From a bacterium (lineage in GTDB: Bacteria; Patescibacteriota; Saccharimonadia; Saccharimonadales; SZUA-47): a stretch of 64,000 nt of DNA. Shown piece after piece: positions 33,462 through 42,616 of the stretch. The first letter of the stretch is position 1, and every line of letters starts with the position of its first letter. A program made the translations under genes and the position numbers. The stretch covers positions 298,383 through 362,382 of the forward strand of contig JAUIBF010000001.1 of NCBI GenBank assembly GCA_030428125.1, written 5' to 3'. The notes under the pieces are model-generated. The model worked only from the letters and a program-made list of their open reading frames with translations, was not told the origin of the DNA and made no database searches.

Positions 33462-35178
33462 TGTAATTTCGCTCGTTTTAGGATTGATATTTGGTGTTTC
33501 GAGCGTATCTGCACAAGGGGTAAATGATTTTGTCATTACTGACATGCAGGTTAACTACAATCTGACTAATATTGACCCTCAAGGCCTGCTGGTGATAAGT
33601 GAAAAAATTAGCCTAGATTTTTCAGGCCAAAATAGAGGAATACTGAGAGCCATTCCAAATACATACAAGGATCAAGATTTGGAGCTCAAAAATATCACTA
33701 CTATTAGAGACGACCAACCAGAACCCTTCAGTACGTATGAAGATAACGGCAATACCGTTATTCGTATCGGAGACCCGGACGTTTACATAACAGGACCCCA
33801 TGTTTACGAAATTTCTTATTCTGTTGCGAATGTAATTAGTTTTTATGAAGAATACGATGAACTTTATTGGGATGTAAATGGGGACGGATGGTTCCAAACT
33901 TTCGAAAATGTTTCAGCTACTCTAGTTTCAGATGCAGCGCCTGGTCCAGAAGATCCTGTTTGTTATACCGGATCATTTGGAAGCACGTCACAAGACTGCA
34001 CAATCGTAGACGACGAGTCTAGTCTAGAAATATCTACCACCAGGGCTCTTAATGGTGGAGAAACATTAACTTTCATAGCTTCATATGAAAAGGGTTATTT
34101 TACACCTCCGACGTGGCTGGAACAAAGTTGGAAGCTGCTAGCCACAATTCCGTTAATCTTACTGCAGTTATGGATATTGCGTGACACGCATAAAAAATGG
34201 GTCATGTATGGCAAGGATTATAAAAAAAGAGCAACAGCCCCGTTTTTTGGCCGGCCAAAAAATGTAAGTGTTATGCAGGCATCATATGTAGCTTCGAATT
34301 CTTTAACATCTAAGCATATCAGCGCAGCGATTATCGATTTAGCTATCAGAGGATATATAAAGATAGTGGAAACAGGATCAGGCAGAAAGGTTAAGCATGA
34401 GCTAATCGTTCAGAAAGAACTTGATGAAAGTTTGAGCACAGATGAGAAGACTCTATTAAACGCATTGTTTGATTCAGTATCTGTTGGGGAGTCCATCAAG
34501 CTAGAGGATAAGAAAAATAAGCTTTATAAAACTCTGACCAAGCTTCAAAAAGACATAGATAGCACATCTAAGGAAAAGGGTTTTTACGAGCTGTCACCTG
34601 TGAAAGCTGCAGGTAAAATTGGTGCCCAAATTGGTTTGTCGGTGTTGTTTTTGGTGTTTGGTATCGGGTTTTCTGTATGGTTAGGTAATCCAATCGCAGC
34701 AATGTCTGGAGGAATAATTTTTGTAGTAGTGTTGATATATTCTGCTCTAATGACAAAGCGCAGTCAGGCAGGAGTCGAGCTGGCAGAACATATGGATGGG
34801 TTGAAGCTTTATCTAGGATTTTCAGAGAAAGAACGGCTTAAGGCTCAAGACGCTGTCGAAGCACCTCTAGCTCCACATGCTGGACAGCCTGTTAGAGACG
34901 TAAAATTCTTTGAAAAATTATTACCGTTTGCAATAGCAATGGGAGTTGAAAAGACATGGGCAAATGCTTTTGCTGACATATATGAACAACCTCCTGAATG
35001 GTATGGAGGAAACTGGCATACATTTAATACATTGGCACTAGCTAATTCACTAAACTCTGTTAGTACTTCTACGGCACAAAGCTTTAGTGCGCCGTCTAGC
35101 TCTGGTAGCTCTGGCTTTTCTGGGGGTGGCGGGTTCTCTGGTGGAGGTGGCGGTGGTGGGGGCGGCGGCGGCTGGTAG
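33433..35178 (+). CDS. DUF2207 domain membrane protein with poly-Gly C-terminus
   Basis: Signal peptide, extracytoplasmic N-domain, TM helices, and a tail SSSGSSGFSGGGGFSGGGGGGGGGGGW typical of DUF2207 proteins. Confidence 0.8.
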   Translation: MKSLKLFVFSVISLVLGLIFGVSSVSAQGVNDFVITDMQVNYNLTNIDPQGLLVISEKISLDFSGQNRGILRAIPNTYKDQDLELKNITTIRDDQPEPFSTYEDNGNTVIRIGDPDVYITGPHVYEISYSVANVISFYEEYDELYWDVNGDGWFQTFENVSATLVSDAAPGPEDPVCYTGSFGSTSQDCTIVDDESSLEISTTRALNGGETLTFIASYEKGYFTPPTWLEQSWKLLATIPLILLQLWILRDTHKKWVMYGKDYKKRATAPFFGRPKNVSVMQASYVASNSLTSKHISAAIIDLAIRGYIKIVETGSGRKVKHELIVQKELDESLSTDEKTLLNALFDSVSVGESIKLEDKKNKLYKTLTKLQKDIDSTSKEKGFYELSPVKAAGKIGAQIGLSVLFLVFGIGFSVWLGNPIAAMSGGIIFVVVLIYSALMTKRSQAGVELAEHMDGLKLYLGFSEKERLKAQDAVEAPLAPHAGQPVRDVKFFEKLLPFAIAMGVEKTWANAFADIYEQPPEWYGGNWHTFNTLALANSLNSVSTSTAQSFSAPSSSGSSGFSGGGGFSGGGGGGGGGGGW

Positions 35179-35238
35179 GCCTTAAATTTTGATTAAAGAG
35201 AGTAGTACAGTTAAAGCAAAAAATATAAGGAATCAATA

Positions 35239-36126
35239 ATGCGAATACCTACAAAAAAGTTAAAAAATGGGTTTGAACTTCCAGTCTATGGATTAGGTTT
35301 ATGGCAGATGGGTGGTAGGTTTGAAGAAGATAGAACTAACGACGAGGCTGATATAAAGGCGATAAAGTATGCCATAGAGCAAGGAGTGACATATATCGAC
35401 ACTGCTGAAGCGTATGGAGACGGACATGCCGAAGAATTGCTTGGTGAAGTTCTAAAAAATGTAGATAGGAGCAAATTAGTTATCTCTACTAAAGTGTCTG
35501 GTAACAACCAGGGTTACGACGGGGTATTAGATGCTTGCGAGAAGTCTCTGAAGAGGATGGGTACCGACTATATAGATTTATTTATGCTACATAGATTCCC
35601 GGACCCAGAATTTAGCATCAAGGAAACAATGAGGGCAATGGATGAGCTTGTAGAGAGTGGAAAGGTTAGGCATATAGGAGTTAGCAATTGTGCGCCAAAA
35701 AGATTCGAGTCGGCACAGAAGCACAGTAAAAATAAACTAGTTTATAACCAACTACACTATAACGTAGAATATCGCGAAGTTGAGAAGTACGGCTTAGAAA
35801 AGCATGCTGTAGATAACGATTACTTTTTATGTGCATGGCGTCCTCTGCAGAAAGATTTGCTAGACACTTCAGCTCCAATTTTAGATGAAATGGCTAACAA
35901 ATACGGTAAGACAAAATATCAAATTGCTATAAATTGGCTAATTAGCCAGCCGAACGTAATTACTTTGTCAAAGACATCAACCCCTGTACATTTGGACGAA
36001 AATTTGGGTGCACTAGATTGGGATATGAGCGAAGAAGACATCGAGCGAATTCGACAAGAATTCCCAAATCAGAAATACGCATCAGATGCAGTACCTCTAG
36101 ACTATGAAGCTGCAAGTTTGCTATAA
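35239..36126 (+). CDS. aldo/keto reductase
   Basis: IDTAEAYGDGHAEELLGE, YIDLFMLHRF and HIGVSN are AKR family motifs. Confidence 0.9.
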   Translation: MRIPTKKLKNGFELPVYGLGLWQMGGRFEEDRTNDEADIKAIKYAIEQGVTYIDTAEAYGDGHAEELLGEVLKNVDRSKLVISTKVSGNNQGYDGVLDACEKSLKRMGTDYIDLFMLHRFPDPEFSIKETMRAMDELVESGKVRHIGVSNCAPKRFESAQKHSKNKLVYNQLHYNVEYREVEKYGLEKHAVDNDYFLCAWRPLQKDLLDTSAPILDEMANKYGKTKYQIAINWLISQPNVITLSKTSTPVHLDENLGALDWDMSEEDIERIRQEFPNQKYASDAVPLDYEAASLL

Positions 36127-36147
36127 TTAACAGCGTTAACAATTTAA

Positions 36148-36255
36148 ACAATATAAAGAGAACAGGGAGAGATCTAGCTCATTTGTACCTGTCAGCAACC
36201 TTCGTAATAGTTGGTGCTAAGTCTAGCTTGCCGGAGTAGGTAGGAACGATATTGT
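36148..36255 (+). promoter_or_regulatory. SAM-I (S-box) riboswitch aptamer upstream of metK
   Basis: P1 is acaatat (36148-36154) paired with atattgt (36249-36255). AAAGAGA, the acagg/cctgt helix, CAGCAACC and GGTGCTAAGTCTAGC match the SAM-I core (AGAG, GCAACC, GGUGCUAAAUCCAGC). Confidence 0.75.
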
Positions 36256-36268
36256 AATCTATTGCATG

Positions 36269-36307
36269 TATCCTTTTGGCCTATATCCAGGCGGAAGGAT
36301 ATTTTTA
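36269..36307 (+). terminator. riboswitch expression-platform terminator
   Basis: tatcctt (36269-36275) pairs with aaggata (36295-36301) and is followed by ttttta. Confidence 0.55.
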
Positions 36308-36472
36308 TATGTCATGTATAGCTCAATTTAAAAACTGTTTCCTACTGCAAAGCGTGCCTGCTGCACTCTTTGGCTGTTTCGATTCGCACCATATCTTCGG
36401 ATATGCTTTGTCACGAGAACAACCAAATAGTACTAACAGAACACGATTTTCGATAACAGAAAGGATTTCAAA

Positions 36473-37579
36473 ATGAGCTACCAACTATTTACTAGCGAGT
36501 CAGTTGCCGCGGGTCACCCGGATAAAATTGCCGATGCTATTTCAGATGCAATTTTGGATGCTGTGCTGCAGCAAGACCCAAACGCAAAGACGGGGTTAGA
36601 GACCATTGTTGGAGCTAACAAAATTGGATTGTTTGGTGAAATCAAAACTGCAGCAGATGTAGATTTTGAAGCTGTTGCCAGAGAAACAGTCAAAAAGTTG
36701 GGCTACACCAATCCTGACTGGAATTTTTCGGACAAATCACCAATAGACAATAATATTCATCAACAATCGCCAGAGATTGCCCAGGGAGTAGTGGATGACA
36801 GTGGTGCCGGTGATCAGGGGATGATGTTTGGCTATGCTTGCGATGAAGCCCCCGAGCTAATGCCTTTGCCAATTTCGATTGCGCATAAGTTGACCAGAAG
36901 TCTAGACGAAAAACGTGAATCCGGAGACTTAAGCTTCCTGAGGCCTGATGGGAAAAGTCAGGTAACAGTAGAGTATAAGAATGGAAAGCCCGTGTCAGTA
37001 GAGAAAGTAGTGCTAGCAGTAGCCCACGATGAAGAAACTGATGACGACACCGTCAGGAAAATCGTAAAAGTTGAGATCATCGATAAAGTTTTAGCCGAAT
37101 ACGGGTACAAAGTATCTGATAGCCAAGTCGTCATAAACGGTACTGGTACTTGGCATATTCCTGGGCCTGATACAGATGCTGGACTAACAGGTAGGAAGAT
37201 AGTTGTGGACGGATATGGTGGATTTGCTCGTGTTGGTGGTGGTGCTTTCTCGGGCAAAGATCCATCTAAAGTTGACAGGTCTGGTGCTTATGCAGCGCGG
37301 TACTTGGCTAAAAATGTCGTTGCTAAGGGGCTTGCTAAAAAATGTGAAGTATCACTGGCCTACGTAATAGGTAGACCTCAGCCTCAAATGGTTAGCTTCG
37401 ATACTTTTGACACAGAGACTGTCGCTAAGAAGGAAATCGAAAAATTTATAGACGGCTTGTTAGACACTTCTGTAAAAGGAATTATCGAAGGGCTAGATTT
37501 GCGAAGACCAATATATTCGCAAACAGTTGCTTATGGTCACTTTGGCAAAGAAGACTTGCCGTGGGAGCAAATTGTCTAG
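36473..37579 (+). CDS. metK: S-adenosylmethionine synthetase
   Basis: ESVAAGHPDKIADAISDAILDA, GAGDQGMMFGYA and GGGAFSGKDPSKVDRSGAY are canonical MetK motifs. Confidence 0.95.
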   Translation: MSYQLFTSESVAAGHPDKIADAISDAILDAVLQQDPNAKTGLETIVGANKIGLFGEIKTAADVDFEAVARETVKKLGYTNPDWNFSDKSPIDNNIHQQSPEIAQGVVDDSGAGDQGMMFGYACDEAPELMPLPISIAHKLTRSLDEKRESGDLSFLRPDGKSQVTVEYKNGKPVSVEKVVLAVAHDEETDDDTVRKIVKVEIIDKVLAEYGYKVSDSQVVINGTGTWHIPGPDTDAGLTGRKIVVDGYGGFARVGGGAFSGKDPSKVDRSGAYAARYLAKNVVAKGLAKKCEVSLAYVIGRPQPQMVSFDTFDTETVAKKEIEKFIDGLLDTSVKGIIEGLDLRRPIYSQTVAYGHFGKEDLPWEQIV

Positions 37580-37731
37580 CTTGATTGCACGCTCGAGAGC
37601 TAAAGCATCTCGCTCAGCCGAGCAAGGAAAACTCAGAAGTCCGCTGGACTTCCTCGGGTCGGGGACCTTGTATGGAGTGGCCTAGCTTTGGTATGGGACT
37701 GGTTAAATTGAAATAACAGATGCAAAATAGC

Positions 37732-37768
37732 TTAAATCGGAGTTAAATCCGAGTTAACTCCGATTTAA
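37732..37768. other. perfect 15-bp hairpin in an ORF-free region
   Basis: ttaaatcggagttaa (37732-37746), a 7-nt loop atccgag, then ttaactccgatttaa (37754-37768). Confidence 0.6.
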
Positions 37769-37902
37769 AATACAAACGAATCTTGTCAAGATAAAGTGCT
37801 CACACAACTAGCGTGCCGAAAATCACAGACAAATACTAGCCAGTATAGTAATTTATATGCACGGTAACGTTTGAGGTGGAGACACACTCACGACCAGCAA
37901 AG

Positions 37903-37924
37903 AAGGGCCAAGGAGCCCTTTTTT
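37903..37924 (+). terminator. intrinsic terminator with no CDS immediately upstream (possible sRNA or long 3'UTR end)
   Basis: aagggc (37903-37908) pairs with gccctt (37915-37920) around the loop caagga. The T-run tttttt spans 37919-37924. Confidence 0.55.
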
Positions 37925-38004
37925 GATTGAAAAAAATGTCGCGTTACCTACTAAAGCTACTTAGCAAAGTGTATAGTATAGAGCAGTAGAACCACGAGAG
38001 TTAA

Positions 38005-39774
38005 ATGAAAGACATTTTTAAGATATTACAAACTGGGCGAGAGCTATGGCGTAGTTATGTCTTGGTCAGTATTTTTACAGTGCTGTTGAGTTTGATAACG
38101 ATTTTTCAGCCATTGCTTGCCGGTTGGGCAATTGATGAAATACAGAAAGGTACTCAAGCTAACGTTACATACGCATTTATCTTAGCTTTGGGTATGTTTT
38201 TGCTGGATTTAGCTCAGACCGGATTCAGCAACCTATCTGGTTATATCGGTGACATCATCCAGATAAAACTAAATAAGATACTAAGCGAAAACTATTATAA
38301 GCACCTTATGAGTCTGCCTCAGCATTATTTTGATAATGAGCAAACGGGCAAGATTATTAACAGGCTGAACCGGTCGATTGTGCAGATTACTAACTTTATA
38401 CACATGATGACCAATAACTTTTTGCAATTTATCTTCTCGACGATTTTAAGTTTATTCATCGTTTTTTACATTTCTTGGCCTGTGGGGTTGATGCTGGCGA
38501 GTTTGTATCCTATTTTTGTCTGGATGACGGTTCGGACTAGTAACAAGTGGATGAAATATCAGTCAAAAAAGAACGTGCATTTTGATGTTGCAAATGGTCG
38601 ATTCAATGAAGCGATATCTCAGGTCAAAGTTGTAAAAAGCTACATGCAGCAGAAACGTGAGCTTAATTTCTTTTCTAGGCATTTTACTGGTGCTTATAAA
38701 CAAACTGTTCCACAGTCAAGGTTTTGGCATAAACAGGACGTAAAAAGAAGGTTAATACTAAATGTGATATTTTTTGGTGTTTATGGGTTCATCTTTGTCC
38801 GTGGTGCTCAAGGAGCATTCACCCCTGGTCAAGCAGTGACGTTGATTCTATACGCCATAAACATACGCATCCCTATATTCAGCATCAGTTATTTGGTAGA
38901 AAACACCCAGCGTGCAGTTGCTGATAGTCGTGATTATTTCGAGGCTATGAATGAAGTGCCTGAAATCGACAAAAGCGTCGTGGATCTGGAGGTAACTAAA
39001 GGTGAGATCGAATTCAAAAACGTTGCCTTTGGTTACGTAAAAAACAAAATAATAATGGACAATATCAGTTTTTCTATAAAAGCAGGGCAAAAAGTGGCAT
39101 TGGTTGGTGAGAGTGGAGAAGGCAAAACCACATTAACTAACTTAATGCTTAGGCTTTATGAACCAAGTTCAGGCAAAATTACAATCGATAGTGAAGACAT
39201 AACCGAAGTTACAAAGGCGTCGTTGAGGGCGCAGATTGGAGTCGTGTTTCAGGAGCCAAATCTATTTAGTGGGACAATTAAAGAGAATATATCTTATGCA
39301 AATCCTAAAGCTTCGCAAGCGCAGATCGAGTCAGCTGCTAAAGCTGCAAACGCTCATGAATTCATAAAAGATTTTGACGAAGGCTATGACACAGAAATCG
39401 GCGAACGTGGACTCAAATTATCTGGTGGACAGAAGCAGCGTATAGCTATCGCCAGAGCTATACTTAAGGACGCTCCGATTTTGATTTTAGATGAAGCAAC
39501 ATCAAGTTTGGATAGTAAAAGTGAGCTACTGGTCCAGGAAGCATTCGAGCACCTCATGAAAGGCCGGACTACGATAATTATTGCTCATCGCTTGAGTACT
39601 ATTCAGAACGTAGACTCAATAGTTGCTCTGAAAAACGGTACAGTGGCTGAAACCGGAAGTCCCGAGGAACTGGCAACTAGTGGAGGTATTTATTCGAGGC
39701 TGCTGGAAGTCCAAACTGCCAGAAGCGCAGAAGAACGACAAGAAGCATTAGCGAAGTTCGGCATCGTCGGGTAA
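38005..39774 (+). CDS. ABC exporter, fused permease/ATPase half-transporter (MsbA-like)
   Basis: Six-TM N-domain, Walker A GESGEGKTT, signature LSGGQKQRIAIARA, Walker B ILILDEATS. Confidence 0.9.
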   Translation: MKDIFKILQTGRELWRSYVLVSIFTVLLSLITIFQPLLAGWAIDEIQKGTQANVTYAFILALGMFLLDLAQTGFSNLSGYIGDIIQIKLNKILSENYYKHLMSLPQHYFDNEQTGKIINRLNRSIVQITNFIHMMTNNFLQFIFSTILSLFIVFYISWPVGLMLASLYPIFVWMTVRTSNKWMKYQSKKNVHFDVANGRFNEAISQVKVVKSYMQQKRELNFFSRHFTGAYKQTVPQSRFWHKQDVKRRLILNVIFFGVYGFIFVRGAQGAFTPGQAVTLILYAINIRIPIFSISYLVENTQRAVADSRDYFEAMNEVPEIDKSVVDLEVTKGEIEFKNVAFGYVKNKIIMDNISFSIKAGQKVALVGESGEGKTTLTNLMLRLYEPSSGKITIDSEDITEVTKASLRAQIGVVFQEPNLFSGTIKENISYANPKASQAQIESAAKAANAHEFIKDFDEGYDTEIGERGLKLSGGQKQRIAIARAILKDAPILILDEATSSLDSKSELLVQEAFEHLMKGRTTIIIAHRLSTIQNVDSIVALKNGTVAETGSPEELATSGGIYSRLLEVQTARSAEERQEALAKFGIVG

Positions 39775-39806
39775 AATAAAACTAACAGTTAAAGAGGGAT
39801 TTTTTA

Positions 39807-42527
39807 GTGGTTAAAAAGAAAAAAGAAGATAAGGGAAATATTTTATATCGGCTGGCAATGGTCTGCTTTAGTAAAACTAGAATCACAGCAGTTGTTTTGG
39901 CTATGTTGATTTTCTCTGGCGCGCTGGTCTACAACAACATAATAAAGCGCGAGGGTTTTCCGGCTATTCAGTTCCCTATATCTTTCATAAGTGGAACCTA
40001 TCTGGTAAATGATGTCGAAAAGGTCGACCAAGATATAACTTTGCCGATTAGTGAATTGCTCGGAGAAAATGAGGATGTTGATAAAATTCAAACAACGGCA
40101 CAATCAAATTTCTATACCGTAATAGTTCAGTTTAACGAAGGTATAGATGCGAACAGTGCAACTTCAGCTATCCAAGAAAGTATTAAAGCCGGGGGTGTTC
40201 TGCCTGCCGAATCAGACACTAGCTTTACAGTGATTGATCCGGCATCGTATTTGAATGAATTTGATCTACTGCTTTCTGTGTACAGCACAGATAACGCGGG
40301 GGTTATGGAGCTGCAGGAAGCAGGAGAATATGTAGCTGATAAGTTCAGTAATAGCGATAATATTGAGAGTGCTGAACTAGTTAGTCAAATCTCCACAGGC
40401 ATTAATCCTTTAACTGGCGAAGAGGCGACCGTACAATCTAATTTCAATAGAATCGGTATTCGAACAGATGGTGGAGAGCTTAACTTTTATCCAAGTGTTA
40501 CCGTCGGTGTAGTGAAAACTGACGAGATAGATATTATTGGCTTGTCAGACAGAACCACAGAAATTATTGAGTCCCTAGATTTTAATGTTTTAGGGGAAGA
40601 TATTGTGGTTGTAGCCGGCGCTGATCAGGCGGACTCTATTAATACTCAGGTGACATCGTTGCAGTCGAATTTACTCACCGGCCTATTAGCAGTTGCCCTA
40701 GTCAGCTTTCTGCTGATTACATGGAGAGCATCTATAATCACAGCTATTTTTATGGTCAGTGTTGTACTTGTTTCCGTGCTGCTACTTTACTTGTTCGGGT
40801 ATACATTAAATACAATTACGTTATTTGCGTTGGTCTTGTCTCTTGGTCTTTTCGTTGACGATGCAACAATTGTTGTGGAAGCAATAGATGCTAACAGAAA
40901 GAAGAAAAGATCTAAAAACGAGATAGTAGGTAATGCGCTGCGTAAAGTTGCTGCTGCTAGTTTCGCCGGAACTATGACTACTGTTTTGGTGTTTGCGCCA
41001 CTAGTGTTCATCAGTGGCATCTTAGGTGAATTTATTCGACTGCTGCCGATAACTGTCATAATTTCACTTGTAACATCACTCCTATTGTCGCTAACCTTAA
41101 TTCCATTATTGTCTCGGTTTATATTGCTCAGAAGCGATAATATTTCTTGGATTACTAAAGTAAACCCTGTAGCTAAGTTTGAAAAACACCTAGCCTCTAT
41201 CTTGTCGAGATCCCTAAAGTCCATGAAGGGTAGCAAATCACGGAAGTTTTTGATGCCGTTAGGAGCATTTTTAATAAGTTTAGTATTTTTGATGGGCACT
41301 GGTTTTTACGCGAGTAAAATTTCTACCAATATATTCCCACCCACAAAAGATAGTGACAATCTAGGATTTACCCTTAGTTTCGTGCCAGGTACAGACATCG
41401 AAAAAGCCCAAGAAATAACAGACAGAGCTAACGATATAGCTAAAGATGTGTTGGGTGAAAATGTCGTTAGGATTACTTTTGGAAGCGCAGGCTTTAGTGG
41501 TGGTGAACCTAGTAATAGAAGCGCGTCGGCTTTGGTAGAGTTGAAGTCATTTAACGAAAGAGAGATAAAATCCCCAGAACTAATCGAGAAATTAGAGATG
41601 GGTTTTGAAGAGGGACTTTCAAGGAATGAAGTATCAGCTACAGTAAACCAGTTCGACGCAGGGCCACCACTTGAGAAGTTTCCGTTTAAGCTACAAATTT
41701 ACGGGGATGATATAGAAGCATCGACCAGATTAGCATCTGACATGCAGCAATTTTTAGAGCAAGTTACTGTTGAGGTTCCCGGTAAAGGTGAGGCAAGCGT
41801 TACGGATACCAAGATAGAATATGTCGATATCATAGTTAGGAACGACGGTCGTAGATTTATTGAGCTGTCGGCTTCTTATGATTCAGACGAAGTCACTACT
41901 CTACTGGAAGACACACAGTCTCAATTAGAAGCAGAGTTTACGGAAGAAAAACTAGAAACCTACGGATTCAGTGCTGATGATGTCGAGTATGATTTCGGCC
42001 AAGAGAGCGAAAACCAGGATTCGTTTAGTTCACTTGGGTTAATTTTCCCAGTTGCTCTGGTGCTAATGTTTGTATTGCTTGCTCTACAATTTAGATCACT
42101 CCTACAGCCTCTGCTAATCTTCATGGCGATTCCTTTCAGTTTGTTTGGGGTAATGGCGGGTCTCTACTTTACGGATAATGGCTTTAGCTTCTTTGTTATG
42201 GTTGGGTTGATCGGATTGATAGGTATCGCCGTCAACAACACGATATTGCTCACAGACTACATAAATCAAGAACGACGGGATGGATTGCGCCCAATCGATG
42301 CCGTCGCATCAGCGAGCGAAAAAAGATTCAGGCCACTACTTACGACTTCGCTTACTACAGTGGTTGCCTTGCTGCCACTAGCCTTAAGCGATCCTTTCTG
42401 GGAGGCTTTAGCATATACAATTATGTTTGGCCTGTTATCTAGCACGTTCCTAGTAATTATTGCTTTCCCTTACTACTATTTAGCAGCAGAATGGCTCAGA
42501 GGAAAAGTTAGCAGAAAAAAACTGTAG
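39807..42527 (+). CDS. RND-superfamily transporter (short, 906 aa)
   Basis: 12-TM layout with two extracytoplasmic loops. AVNNTILLTDY...RFRPLLTTSLTTVVALLPL is typical of AcrB-type permeases. No adaptor or outer-membrane partner is nearby. Confidence 0.8.
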   Translation: MVKKKKEDKGNILYRLAMVCFSKTRITAVVLAMLIFSGALVYNNIIKREGFPAIQFPISFISGTYLVNDVEKVDQDITLPISELLGENEDVDKIQTTAQSNFYTVIVQFNEGIDANSATSAIQESIKAGGVLPAESDTSFTVIDPASYLNEFDLLLSVYSTDNAGVMELQEAGEYVADKFSNSDNIESAELVSQISTGINPLTGEEATVQSNFNRIGIRTDGGELNFYPSVTVGVVKTDEIDIIGLSDRTTEIIESLDFNVLGEDIVVVAGADQADSINTQVTSLQSNLLTGLLAVALVSFLLITWRASIITAIFMVSVVLVSVLLLYLFGYTLNTITLFALVLSLGLFVDDATIVVEAIDANRKKKRSKNEIVGNALRKVAAASFAGTMTTVLVFAPLVFISGILGEFIRLLPITVIISLVTSLLLSLTLIPLLSRFILLRSDNISWITKVNPVAKFEKHLASILSRSLKSMKGSKSRKFLMPLGAFLISLVFLMGTGFYASKISTNIFPPTKDSDNLGFTLSFVPGTDIEKAQEITDRANDIAKDVLGENVVRITFGSAGFSGGEPSNRSASALVELKSFNEREIKSPELIEKLEMGFEEGLSRNEVSATVNQFDAGPPLEKFPFKLQIYGDDIEASTRLASDMQQFLEQVTVEVPGKGEASVTDTKIEYVDIIVRNDGRRFIELSASYDSDEVTTLLEDTQSQLEAEFTEEKLETYGFSADDVEYDFGQESENQDSFSSLGLIFPVALVLMFVLLALQFRSLLQPLLIFMAIPFSLFGVMAGLYFTDNGFSFFVMVGLIGLIGIAVNNTILLTDYINQERRDGLRPIDAVASASEKRFRPLLTTSLTTVVALLPLALSDPFWEALAYTIMFGLLSSTFLVIIAFPYYYLAAEWLRGKVSRKKL

Positions 42528-42570
42528 ACTTGCATTTACTTAATTAATCAAGTATTTTATAATAAGTAAA

Positions 42571-42610
42571 TATTATGTGGTTAAGAAGGGTATTATGTGG
42601 TTAAGAAGGG
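42571..42610 (+). repeat. perfect 20-bp tandem duplication just upstream of a start codon
   Basis: tattatgtggttaagaaggg occurs at 42571-42590 and again, identical, at 42591-42610. Each copy contains an ATG and an SD-like aagaaggg. Confidence 0.95.
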
Positions 42611-42616
42611 ATAAAT

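Noticed and set aside
36276-36476. 66-aa ORF between the SAM riboswitch and metK.
   Set aside because: It starts inside the riboswitch terminator stem, has no SD and overlaps the metK start. It is more likely part of the leader RNA.
37580-38004. I considered RNase P RNA, SRP (4.5S) RNA, tmRNA, 6S RNA or a tRNA as the identity of the ORF-free region.
   Set aside because: I could not find the diagnostic cores on either strand: GAGGAAAGUCC plus ACAGAAxxCGGCUUA for RNase P; GGUCCGGAAGGAAGCAGC for SRP; the tRNA-like CCACCA end and tag ORF for tmRNA; a GTTCGAATC-type T-loop for tRNA. It is left as unassigned structured RNA, pending an Rfam scan.
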